A program made the position numbers and the translations under genes. Below the pieces are notes generated by a model that was not told where the DNA came from, did not search any database, and saw only the letters and a list, made by a program, of their open reading frames with translations. Shown here piece by piece: positions 17,908-27,250 of a stretch of 36,553 bases of DNA (its first letter is position 1; each line of letters opens with the position of its first letter). The DNA comes from an uncultured Eubacteriales bacterium. GTDB lineage: Bacteria > Bacillota > Clostridia > TANB77 > CAG-508. Location of the stretch: contig CACXCH010000051.1 in the NCBI GenBank assembly GCA_902766085.1, forward strand, positions 1 through 36,553. Reading direction: 5' to 3'.

Positions 17908-18637
17908 CACTTGTTGTACTATAAGTATAATTATTTGTTCTATTCTTACTTTCATCGTGGTCTAATATATTTTCTACTAATGTTTTAGCACTTTGGTCAT
18001 ATACTATATAGGTAAAATTATCAATTTTACTTGGATCTTGCCCTGTTGGTATGTAATAATATATTGAACTACTTGTATTTCCCGATGCATTTGTTCCACT
18101 ATTGCTACCACTGTTTGGTGTTCCTGTTCCTCCATTTTGTGTAGTTGTTCCTTGGTTTGTAGTACCACTATTAGATGTATTACTTTTTCCAGTTAAATCA
18201 TCCGATTGCCCACTTCTATCACTTGAAGCTCTGTATGTTAATCCTATATCATCTATTTCTTCTTGTGTGCTACTGTCTTCATAATGTGCCACCCATTTTC
18301 CAGTTGAGTCTTGATATATATACATTGGATAGGAGCATTTAGCATCTCTTGCATCTTCGTTAGAAATTTCATAGTATGTACCATCATCATCTGATGTTTC
18401 ATTATATATTATTTTTTTCTTTCCTGCACCTGCGCTTGAGTCTAATGTGGTATAAACTACAATTTGTTTATTACTACTATCATAATAATAATAGTCAACT
18501 TGGCAATTTTTCTTAACAGTGTCTTCAATTGCAGCAAAGGAAACATCACTTAGTATAAAACTAATTATTATGCTAGCAATAAGTATAAAAACTATTAACT
18601 TTTTATGTCTTATATTCCACTTGTGACTCATTGACAC
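17852..18637 (-). CDS. N-terminal (signal/TM plus variable ectodomain) fragment of frameshifted VirB6-like paralog 1
   Basis: The 261-aa ORF has an N-terminal TM segment (LIVFILIASIIISFIL). Its Y/S/T/N-rich ectodomain resembles the N-termini of paralogs 2 and 3. It ends 11 codons after the A7 tract and overlaps the next ORF. The start is either GTG at 18637 or ATG at 18631. Confidence 0.65.
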   Translation of the reverse strand: MSMSHKWNIRHKKLIVFILIASIIISFILSDVSFAAIEDTVKKNCQVDYYYYDSSNKQIVVYTTLDSSAGAGKKKIIYNETSDDDGTYYEISNEDARDAKCSYPMYIYQDSTGKWVAHYEDSSTQEEIDDIGLTYRASSDRSGQSDDLTGKSNTSNSGTTNQGTTTQNGGTGTPNSGSNSGTNASGNTSSSIYYYIPTGQDPSKIDNFTYIVYDQSAKTLVENILDHDESKNRTNNYTYSTTSDDGYDVFLPAGRRTGTFY

Positions 18638-18708
18638 CTTTCTCCCTTATTTTTTACCCATTTTATAATAAATAATTATTTATTTTCTAAAAAATATTAT
18701 TTGTTATT

Positions 18709-21432
18709 TTACTTTTTTCTGAAAAATTTCTTTGCTTTTTTAACTGGTGCTGTTACTGGTGTTGCTATAATTTTCCCCGTTTCTTTTGCAATTTTTCCAG
18801 CTTCTTTTGCATTTTTTGCAATATCTTTCGCTTTAGCTTCAATATGAGATGACTCTCCATATTTTCCTTTTCTAATATTTGCTAAATCTTCGCTTATTTG
18901 TAAATTACTATATCTTGAGTCCATTCCATCATTTTGGTAAGTAGTTCTTAATTTGTCCATAGCATCTTTCATTTCGTTTTCTGCTTCTGTTGTGGGCTCT
19001 CTACCATTTGCAATTTCATCAGCTCTTAAAGCTACAAACTTCTTTGCTTGCTCCGTTATATTCTCTCCATCAGTCTTTTCTAGATTTTCTCTAATTCTAT
19101 TAGCTTCTTTTTGCTGGTTTTCATCTAGATTATTTAGGTCGCTAACTTTCATTTGATTCATCACAAGATTATTCATAAGATTTTCTCTTGCAACATTTTC
19201 AGCATTGCTATATGCCTGTTGTAATTCGTGTTTGTTTCTTTCTTCTATATAATTTCTTCCTGCTCTTGAACCATTGTCTATTATATTTTTACTATTTTTT
19301 AAAAAAGCTGCATTGCTTCCAGTAGCAAGAGATAAACTTCCTCCTAATAGCATTTTAGATCCTGTTTTGGCCATATTGGCATAAGCTTGAAAAGCTCTGT
19401 TGTTTGTAACTGCAGAAATAGCTCTACCAACATTTGAATTTCTTTTGTGAGGATTATTGCTTGCAATTTTTCCTTTGCTTGTTGTGTAGTTTTCTTCATT
19501 GTTGTATTCGCTATTATCTACACTTGATTTGCTTGCTTTAAATTTAGAAAACTCCTCTTGATTAGCTTTCTCCTTTTCATCTATTGTATCTGATGTTATT
19601 GTAGTAGTTTTGTTTTTGCCTCCTCTTGTAATTACTCCAACTGTAGTTCCAACCAATGCTGCATTTGATACTGTTTCTGCCATCGTCCTTGCTTCAAAAT
19701 GGAATATATGTCTAATAATTTTTTCTGATTCATATATAAATAAAATCATCATAATTGCAATTAACATTGCACTTAATGAAGCCTCGTCATCGAGAATTTT
19801 CATTGCAGAACTAGCTAGTATTATGTATGATACACATTGAAATGGTTGTATTAAAATATTATATACAAATTCTTTAAACCAAGTATTTAATGCTTGAGAT
19901 TTGTTATCTCCCATTTTATCAATCGAATATGTTACTGTTACAAGTGGTGAAATTACTATTAAGAAGCCAATTGTAATCATACGTTTTAAATATGAAAGCA
20001 AAAATACAAATGTCATTCCTACTAAAATTAAGTAACACACTGCATCGCCAAAGCCTTCTACAAATCCTACATTCCATGCATTGTTATAAATTTTATCAAT
20101 TGGGTCTGGTGTTCCAATTCCTTTTTCTAAAACAGCTACAAGTTGATTATTTAGTGTCATTACTAATGCAATTATCAAATGCATTATAAACAACAAAGCG
20201 ATACTTACAAACCAGTTTACTGCCATTTGGCTGTATTTAGCTTTTTCATCAGATATTGTTGATATTGCCATTCTTAATCCAACATACATTAATACAGCAA
20301 GTAATGCAACAGCTGAAATATTACGTAACCCATAATACCAAGCAGCAACGTTTTCCCTTATTGAATTTACTGCTTCATTTGTTGATGAAAAATTGAAAAA
20401 ATCAATTTTTGTTATCTCTATTCTGTTAAATAAAATATCTTCTACAGACAAAGTTCCATTATTTGCTGTAAATATTCCCATTATGGCTTGCAATAATTTT
20501 CCTAGTAATAATGGCACAATTTTTATTGGATACAAAAAAAATCCTGCTAAGCCATTTATAACTTTTTCAAAAACAGAATCATCATTGTAATCAATTTCTC
20601 CTGTCATATATGAGTCTAAATCATCTTTAGATATTCCAGTTACACTTTCTATGTCATCCACTGCGATTTCTATCATTACTGGATGCAAAGCATTATGTTC
20701 GTCACTATTTATATAATCAGAATAATATGCTTGCCCATTTGATCCCTCTGGATTGTTCATAGTAAACGTTTTTGTACTTTCATTGTAAGAATAGTTTTTC
20801 GTAACAACTTTTTGTGTGTTTGGATTGTAATATTGTACTGTTAAAATATCCTTTGAACTATCATAAGAATATTTTGCATAGTCTTTTGATACTTTGTCTA
20901 TATCATCAACAACAGTTTCTGTATCTTTACTGTTTGAATCATCTTCTTTAATATTTTTATTATTAGTATCTTTATTGCTAGTGTCTATTCCAGTTGCTTC
21001 AGATACCTGTTTTTCAGTTATACCTGCTCCTAAAAATGAGCTTAAATATCCTCCATCAAATCCCATATATGTTAAAGCACGGCTTTGATCTAATTGTGTA
21101 GAATTTGAGAAATTTCCATTTTTATCTTTGGTATATATAGTTAATAAATATGTTGTTTGAAAATTTTCAGGATAGTAAACTTGCTGGCCAGCGTAAGTTT
21201 GCAATGTACATCTTATTCTCTCTGTTTTATCACTATTATATATATACAAACAGTTTTCTTCAGAGTCCGGATCATAGTAAAACTCAACTCCGTCAATTGT
21301 AAAGCTTGTTTCAGCGGCAAATATAGCATTTAATGATAGTGTATTTTCTATTTGTGAAAAAACTACCATTAAAATAATGATTGAGACTATTAACTTAATG
21401 AATCTTAGTTTATATTTTCTAAATAATTTCAC
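18709..21432 (-). CDS. VirB6/TrbL-like polytopic membrane protein with a large variable N-terminal ectodomain (paralog 2)
   Basis: The protein is 907 aa with a GTG start at 21432. It has an N-terminal TM/signal segment, a conserved core (LYPIKIVPLLLG, IRENVAAWYYGLRNISA, LMYVGLRMAIS, ISPLVTVTYSIDKMGDNKSQAL, LIQPFQC) and a conserved C-terminal cytoplasmic module. Confidence 0.75.
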   Translation of the reverse strand: MKLFRKYKLRFIKLIVSIIILMVVFSQIENTLSLNAIFAAETSFTIDGVEFYYDPDSEENCLYIYNSDKTERIRCTLQTYAGQQVYYPENFQTTYLLTIYTKDKNGNFSNSTQLDQSRALTYMGFDGGYLSSFLGAGITEKQVSEATGIDTSNKDTNNKNIKEDDSNSKDTETVVDDIDKVSKDYAKYSYDSSKDILTVQYYNPNTQKVVTKNYSYNESTKTFTMNNPEGSNGQAYYSDYINSDEHNALHPVMIEIAVDDIESVTGISKDDLDSYMTGEIDYNDDSVFEKVINGLAGFFLYPIKIVPLLLGKLLQAIMGIFTANNGTLSVEDILFNRIEITKIDFFNFSSTNEAVNSIRENVAAWYYGLRNISAVALLAVLMYVGLRMAISTISDEKAKYSQMAVNWFVSIALLFIMHLIIALVMTLNNQLVAVLEKGIGTPDPIDKIYNNAWNVGFVEGFGDAVCYLILVGMTFVFLLSYLKRMITIGFLIVISPLVTVTYSIDKMGDNKSQALNTWFKEFVYNILIQPFQCVSYIILASSAMKILDDEASLSAMLIAIMMILFIYESEKIIRHIFHFEARTMAETVSNAALVGTTVGVITRGGKNKTTTITSDTIDEKEKANQEEFSKFKASKSSVDNSEYNNEENYTTSKGKIASNNPHKRNSNVGRAISAVTNNRAFQAYANMAKTGSKMLLGGSLSLATGSNAAFLKNSKNIIDNGSRAGRNYIEERNKHELQQAYSNAENVARENLMNNLVMNQMKVSDLNNLDENQQKEANRIRENLEKTDGENITEQAKKFVALRADEIANGREPTTEAENEMKDAMDKLRTTYQNDGMDSRYSNLQISEDLANIRKGKYGESSHIEAKAKDIAKNAKEAGKIAKETGKIIATPVTAPVKKAKKFFRKK

Positions 21433-21484
21433 TGTTATTATTTCTCCAATTTAGATTTGTTTCAACGAAATAAGCCTTTACCTT

Positions 21485-21513
21485 ATTATAATAAAAACAT
21501 TGCAAAAATTCAA
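21485..21513 (-). promoter_or_regulatory. Possible internal promoter upstream of paralog 2
   Basis: The minus strand reads TTGAAT (21508-21513), a 17-nt spacer, then TATAAT (21485-21490). It lies within the 210-bp gap between paralogs 3 and 2. Confidence 0.4.
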
Positions 21514-21642
21514 TATTTCTATGCTTTTTATGTATAATTTAACATATACGCTACAGTTAAGTAACATTAAATATTAGTGAAAAAAATATACATTTATTTT
21601 TAAATATTAATTCTCATTAATATTTCTTACTTAACTATAACA

Positions 21643-24066
21643 CTAATAATTATTCTCTTTTCGTCTTTTTCTTCTGTAATAATGGTGTACAATTGGTCTT
21701 ACAGCTGTTTTAACTGCATCAATTGTATCATCTTTAATGCCTGTAGCATTCTTTTGAACTATATTTCCATATTTATATTTTTCTGCCTCAATGTTTTTTA
21801 AATCTTTTGATATTTGTTTGTCTACTTTATCTTCATCCATGCCTTGATTTGCATAAGCCATTCTTAGCCTATTAATATCCTTAGCCAATTTCTTTTCATC
21901 TGCATTTTTAGGCATTGCACCATTTGATAAAGCCATTGTTCTCTCTTGCATATAATCGTGTGATTTCTTTTGTATTCCCTTTCCTTCGTCCCTCATTATT
22001 TGTTGCCTAATTTTTTCTTTCTCACGTTTTATTTCTTCTTTAGTTAGCTTTTCTGTATTTTGCTTAGCCATTTCTTCAGATACTCTTGTTTCTATTAGTT
22101 CTTGTTCCTTTTCATCCCTTAGTTTATTGTAACTTTCCTGCAAAGTATTCTGTTTTCCTATTGCCGCATTTTCTTTTCCCTCATTTACTCCTTTTGCAAT
22201 CTCGTTTGTTACACTAGCCATTGCTGTTGTTAAGTTTCCAGTTGCAAGTGATATACCTCCTCTTAGTATTGAGTTACCAATTGTTTTATTTATAAGATAA
22301 TATTTGGCTAGCACTTGATTTCCTGTTACTCTCGAAATTGTCTTTCCTATTCTAGAGTTTCCTTTTTGTCCATTTGAATTAGTACCACTTATTGAGTTTG
22401 ACGTACCAGTAGCACTCGCTCTATTGCGATTTCTTGAAGCAGTCCTATTATTGTTCGTTGTAGCATTTCCTTGATAGCTTTGATTTTGGTTTCCACTGTT
22501 TTCAGTGTTTCCTTCGTATATGTATTGTGATCTATAACTTGTATTTGGTATTGGTCTTGCTTGTGCATTATTAGCATTACTTGCTTGATTGTCATCTTTT
22601 GGTTCTTCTATTGGACTATATTTATTCCCTCTTGTAATCCCTAAATTATCAAATGTTCCCATAGCCGATGCAACTAGTGTAGCGTGTTTTACTGTATCAC
22701 TCATGGTGTTGCTCTTGAAATGGAATATGTGCTTTATTATTTTTTCAGACTCGTACATAAAGTAAACCATCATTGTTGAAATAATAATTGCAGAGATTGA
22801 TTTTTCATTTTGTAAAATTGTGAGACCTGTTTGAGTTAAAAATAAATAAGTTATGCATTGAAATGGTTGTATCAAAATATTATATGAGAACTCTTTAAAC
22901 CATATATTTAAAGCTTGTGATTTTCCGTCATTCATCTTATCTACAGAATATGTTATTGTTACTAAAGGCGATATTACAATCAAAAATGCAATAGTTACCA
23001 TACGTTTTATATAAGATAGTAAAAATACAAAAGTCATTCCCAGTAATAATGCATAACATATCGATGCTCCCATTTCCTCAGTAAAGCCTATACTCTTTAA
23101 TGCAGTGTTAAACATCAAATTCATTGGATCTGACAAGTCTACTGAAGAATAAGATTTTGCGAAAATATCAACTAGTTGGTTATTTATAAATATTATAGCT
23201 TGGATTAAATATTGTAAAACATATAAAAGTGCAATACTTACTACCCAGTTTACAAGCATCTCACTATATTTGGCCTTATCCTTTGAGACTGTTGATATTG
23301 CCATTCTAATTCCAGTATATAATAGAATTACAAGTAAAATAACCGAAGCAATATTTCTAAATGCATAATACCAAGTAGCAACACTTGTTCTTATTGAATT
23401 TGCCGCTTGACTATTTGAGTTAAAATTAAAGAAATCTATTTTAATTATTTCAACTTTATTAAATATGATGTCTCCTAGTGTAATTGCATTACCATTTCCA
23501 GCGAATAATCCTAGAATTCCATCAATTATTCTTCCAAAAATAAGAGGGATTAGCTTTGCAGGAAAAAGAATTATTCCTGCTATACCATCAAGCTGGTCTG
23601 AGTTATCATTTGAATTTTCCCCAGGCTTCTCAGTTCCGTCCGTTTGCGTTCCAGCTTTTTGCGCAACAGTATTTTGACTAGGTGTATAAGTATATTCATA
23701 GTGTCCAGTGTAATTTAATGTTAGAGGCAGTCCCTTTTCTTCTAATTCTTTTTTTGCTTCTTCATAGTAAGCACTAGATTCATCCAATTTGAACCCGTAG
23801 AAAACTCCTCCTCCTGCTGCTGAACTGTCATCATAATATTGTCTACTTTGATCTTCCACAAAGTCAACCTCATGTCCACTAGAAGTAGTATAATAATACG
23901 TTACTCCTAAGCCAAAAAGCCCGCTTCTTTTGCTTTCTGGCTGGTTCTCATCTGCATAGGCCTTGTTTGCCAATGGAGTAGCCAAAGAAACATTAACTAT
24001 AGCAATAATTAACATTAATATTATAGATATTCTTTTTGTTATTTTAGATTTTAGTATATGTTTCAT
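21643..24066 (-). CDS. VirB6/TrbL-like polytopic membrane protein (paralog 3)
   Basis: The protein is 807 aa with a signal/TM segment. Its core reads LFPAKLIPLIFG, IRTSVATWYYAFRNIAS, LLYTGIRMAIS, ISPLVTITYSVDKMNDGKSQAL and LIQPFQC. An N/S/Q-rich linker precedes the conserved C-terminal module. Confidence 0.75.
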   Translation of the reverse strand: MKHILKSKITKRISIILMLIIAIVNVSLATPLANKAYADENQPESKRSGLFGLGVTYYYTTSSGHEVDFVEDQSRQYYDDSSAAGGGVFYGFKLDESSAYYEEAKKELEEKGLPLTLNYTGHYEYTYTPSQNTVAQKAGTQTDGTEKPGENSNDNSDQLDGIAGIILFPAKLIPLIFGRIIDGILGLFAGNGNAITLGDIIFNKVEIIKIDFFNFNSNSQAANSIRTSVATWYYAFRNIASVILLVILLYTGIRMAISTVSKDKAKYSEMLVNWVVSIALLYVLQYLIQAIIFINNQLVDIFAKSYSSVDLSDPMNLMFNTALKSIGFTEEMGASICYALLLGMTFVFLLSYIKRMVTIAFLIVISPLVTITYSVDKMNDGKSQALNIWFKEFSYNILIQPFQCITYLFLTQTGLTILQNEKSISAIIISTMMVYFMYESEKIIKHIFHFKSNTMSDTVKHATLVASAMGTFDNLGITRGNKYSPIEEPKDDNQASNANNAQARPIPNTSYRSQYIYEGNTENSGNQNQSYQGNATTNNNRTASRNRNRASATGTSNSISGTNSNGQKGNSRIGKTISRVTGNQVLAKYYLINKTIGNSILRGGISLATGNLTTAMASVTNEIAKGVNEGKENAAIGKQNTLQESYNKLRDEKEQELIETRVSEEMAKQNTEKLTKEEIKREKEKIRQQIMRDEGKGIQKKSHDYMQERTMALSNGAMPKNADEKKLAKDINRLRMAYANQGMDEDKVDKQISKDLKNIEAEKYKYGNIVQKNATGIKDDTIDAVKTAVRPIVHHYYRRKRRKENNY

Positions 24067-24160
24067 TTTAGTCCTTTCTTTTATTTGTATTTATTTTCCA
24101 CTTTGGCAACTCTCTCTATTCTGACAGCATTACATAACCAGCCGTTTATTTATATTTATT

Positions 24161-27100
24161 TCAAGCTTTCGTACCAAGATGTTCAATGAACCTATTTAAG
24201 TTTATTTGAGCTTTTTTGTCTCCTCCATTTGTTTCTTTTATTTTTTCATTTACATCCTTGATTTTGTTGAGTTTATTTGCCAGCTCAACATTATCTTCCG
24301 ATACAACGTTTCTAACAATTGTCTCGCTGAAGTGATAAGATATCTTCTTTATGTTTTCATCGCTTCCTATGTCATTTATTGTTGCATCAGCTTTTAGTTT
24401 ATTATCTTTTATAATTTTTTTAGCTTCTTTTTTAGATATTTCTTCTTTCTGTGTATCTGATAATACATCATTTTTATCCATTTCGTTTAATATATTTTTA
24501 ATTGAATCTTGTAAAAATACATTTTTTGTTTGAGTTGAATCTTCAGGAGTTTTTGAGTTAGCTTTTGCATAGGCATATCTCTGCTTTTCTTTTTTTAGTA
24601 GTTTTTCAATATTTGTTGCATTTGAGTCAAGTTTATTTACCATTCTAAGTTCTTCTTTAATATCCTCTATGTAGTCTTCTTCGTCTTTTTCCTCAGTTTG
24701 TGTGCTTGATCCATTTGTTGTATTGCTACTTGATCTCTTTGTTCTCTTATTTACATCGTTTTCAAGATCATCCATTTGATCATTACCTTGATTTACTAAA
24801 TAAATTGTTTCTTCAATTTTGTTTTCTTTTTTATCCCTTTCTCCTTGTGCCTTGTTGATTTTATTATATTTATCTATTTGTTCAGAAGGTGTTTTTATCA
24901 ACTGTAAAGCTGCAATTCCTGCCTCAGGTGATTCTGCTACAGCCAATGGTATTGCCATTGTTGCTCCTGCAACTGTGCTTAAGACATCCTTTAGAGTACC
25001 TGCACTAGCCTTGAAAACCTGTCCTCTACCTTGGCTTCTTAATTTTAACATTCTCCTAGAAGATTTATCACCATTTCTAGCATTAATCTTCGCTTTTCTT
25101 AATTCTATCTTTCTCTTGTCTTTCTCTATTTTCTTTTCTCTTTCTGCAGCCAAATCAGGATTTCTTTGCTTTTCCATTTCAGTCATTTCATTTGATTTGA
25201 TATCATCTAATGTTCTTCTAATTAACCATTCATCTTTTTTATTATTAATTCTACCAACTAATCCAACTTTTTTAGGTTCATTATAGTTTCTATATTTTAT
25301 ATAGTTACCAACTGGGGTTACTGTTGCTTTTGCAATAGTTCCAACATTTTTTGCCATTGCTCCATAGATTTTCATTTGTCCATATAATTCTACAGGTAGC
25401 TCCTCTCTCATTGGCTTTTTCATTCTATGTAAGTGTCCACTTGCATCATTTCCATTGAATCTAACAATTCCTAATACATATTCATCCATTTTTAATATTT
25501 GAGACATAAATACAAGGGCGATTATAAATCCACCTATTGATTGTAAAGCTAAGTCTACTGCAATTCCCATAAATAATGAATATGCTAATGCATGTGCAGG
25601 TTGTATTAAAACATTTGCTACAAATTGATTAAGCCATTTTTGAAATCCTGCTTTTCCTTTTGTGTTTGCATTGTCAAGAGCATATCTAGTTATCATAAAT
25701 GGGGCTATAACAATGTAAATAATATTATAAGCGTATCTACGTGCATAAAGTAATAAAAACTTGACCCAGTATACCATCAAAGTAATATACATTATAGCTC
25801 CAGTAACTCCAACTGTAAACCTAACATCATAAGCTCTTGCTTCAATTGTGTCGTGCAAAGATTCAACCTTTGAGCTTGCACTCGAAAATAATCCTACTAT
25901 TATACCATTTAAGTTCAAAATTGCTATTATTATGTAGTGTATTGTAAATAGTAAAACCATACATTTTAGCCAAGTAACAATTTGCTTGCTACAATCAGCC
26001 TTTTCTGATGCTGATACTGTTATTGCCATTCTTAAACCTGTGTAGAGCAATATTATTAGCATTACTACTGCGGCAATATTTCTTACTGAATAATACCATC
26101 CTGCTACTAAAGTTCTTATTGTATTTAATACACTATTTTCATTTAGCGCTTTCCCCCCTGGGGTATTTGAAAAAATGTTTATATCTAATGCTGGAATTCT
26201 ATTATATAATAAGTCCTCTATTGTATATTCTGCTTGATCATCTGTTTTTGTAGTTCCTTCAATGTCAAGTAGCAAGTTATTAATGAAGCTTTCAATTGCT
26301 TCTGCATATCCAACAATAGCCATCCTTATTCCTGAAACCAAAACTCCAAAAATATAATTTACTATATTCTTTATTGAAGAAATTACTTCTAAAGCTGATT
26401 TCTTTTCTACAATAGAAATATCCTTTGGCTCGCCATTATAGTTAAAGTTTTGATCATCTAGCCTAATTGTGCTATCATCAGCTGAAATCTGGTGTATTTC
26501 TGCTAGTGTTAATTGAGAGACTATGGTATAGTGACCTATGCTAATAGTTCCTCCAGATGTAGCACTACCAGAAGTAGATGCAACAGTGTCACCTACATAC
26601 ATTGCAACATGATTGCTTGTATTTATAAGGATATCTCCTTTTTCCATATTTCCACCACTTACAACGTCTACTAAGCTTTTTACTGATTCAAAGCCACAAT
26701 CAGCTAAACCTGAAGCCATATTTTTTGAGCTTTTTACTGGAAAATTTTTCATTGATTCTATATTGCAAATATATCCAGTAGCAAGAACACACGCAGATAT
26801 AAATGCGGAACAATCAGTATCTACAGACGTAGTAATATCTGCTAAATTATGACTTGCAATATTTTTTACTGCATTATAGCAACCATGGTCAGCATAATTA
26901 TATCCTATATTATTATTTTCTGCACCATTGCAAGCCATTTGAGCTAATGTTTCTCTTACTTTTTTAGTTTCTTCACTATCATCGTCTGGTTTATATCGCA
27001 TAACTTCATTATATCCACCATTACTATAGTTCGAGTAGTCCTTAATTCTAACTTCATCACCTGTTGAATCTCCTGGAACCCCTCCATAGTATTCATTATT

Positions 27101-27250
27101 TTCATTGTGTGCTGCTTCAGCGATTTTTTTTCCGCTTTGAGTTGTAGCTGCGTAAACATTTTTATTAAATGCAGGCACAACAAAAGACACAATTATACAA
27201 ATTAAAGTAAATATTATTATTTGCTTTTTTAATAATTGTGCTTTTTTCAT
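24161..27250 (-). CDS. Fusion protein: N-terminal papain-fold cell-wall hydrolase (NlpC/P60, CHAP/Amidase_5-like) plus VirB6-like membrane core plus long charged tail (paralog 4)
   Basis: The protein is 1029 aa with a signal peptide ending NVYA. The hydrolase motifs TDCSAFISACVLATGY (Cys147) and GDILINTSNHVAMYVGD (His214) map to 26576-27133. The membrane core reads IRTLVAGWYYSVRNIAA, LLYTGLRMAI, IAPFMITRYALD and LIQPAHA. The C-terminal ~400 aa are K/E-rich. Confidence 0.7.
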   Translation of the reverse strand: MKKAQLLKKQIIIFTLICIIVSFVVPAFNKNVYAATTQSGKKIAEAAHNENNEYYGGVPGDSTGDEVRIKDYSNYSNGGYNEVMRYKPDDDSEETKKVRETLAQMACNGAENNNIGYNYADHGCYNAVKNIASHNLADITTSVDTDCSAFISACVLATGYICNIESMKNFPVKSSKNMASGLADCGFESVKSLVDVVSGGNMEKGDILINTSNHVAMYVGDTVASTSGSATSGGTISIGHYTIVSQLTLAEIHQISADDSTIRLDDQNFNYNGEPKDISIVEKKSALEVISSIKNIVNYIFGVLVSGIRMAIVGYAEAIESFINNLLLDIEGTTKTDDQAEYTIEDLLYNRIPALDINIFSNTPGGKALNENSVLNTIRTLVAGWYYSVRNIAAVVMLIILLYTGLRMAITVSASEKADCSKQIVTWLKCMVLLFTIHYIIIAILNLNGIIVGLFSSASSKVESLHDTIEARAYDVRFTVGVTGAIMYITLMVYWVKFLLLYARRYAYNIIYIVIAPFMITRYALDNANTKGKAGFQKWLNQFVANVLIQPAHALAYSLFMGIAVDLALQSIGGFIIALVFMSQILKMDEYVLGIVRFNGNDASGHLHRMKKPMREELPVELYGQMKIYGAMAKNVGTIAKATVTPVGNYIKYRNYNEPKKVGLVGRINNKKDEWLIRRTLDDIKSNEMTEMEKQRNPDLAAEREKKIEKDKRKIELRKAKINARNGDKSSRRMLKLRSQGRGQVFKASAGTLKDVLSTVAGATMAIPLAVAESPEAGIAALQLIKTPSEQIDKYNKINKAQGERDKKENKIEETIYLVNQGNDQMDDLENDVNKRTKRSSSNTTNGSSTQTEEKDEEDYIEDIKEELRMVNKLDSNATNIEKLLKKEKQRYAYAKANSKTPEDSTQTKNVFLQDSIKNILNEMDKNDVLSDTQKEEISKKEAKKIIKDNKLKADATINDIGSDENIKKISYHFSETIVRNVVSEDNVELANKLNKIKDVNEKIKETNGGDKKAQINLNRFIEHLGTKA

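Noticed and set aside
17893-17955. The N-terminus listed for ORF 15898..17955 (MKVRIEQIIILIVQQVMTDMMFF).
   Set aside because: This stretch overlaps the 3' end of ORF 17852..18637. It is best explained as out-of-frame read-through upstream of the A7 frameshift site, not as a genuine start.
21595-21625. The AT-only hairpin aaatattaat-gaga-attaatattt after paralog 3, as a terminator.
   Set aside because: The stem consists only of A:T pairs. On the coding strand an A-run follows it rather than a U-run, so it is unlikely to be a functional intrinsic terminator.
14823-27131. Other in-frame A/T8 homopolymers inside cluster genes, for example 14823-14830 and 27124-27131, as additional phase-variation switches.
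   Set aside because: Such runs encode Lys-Lys or Phe-Phe and are frequent throughout this AT-rich window, including in housekeeping genes. All are currently in frame, so they carry no specific signal beyond base composition.
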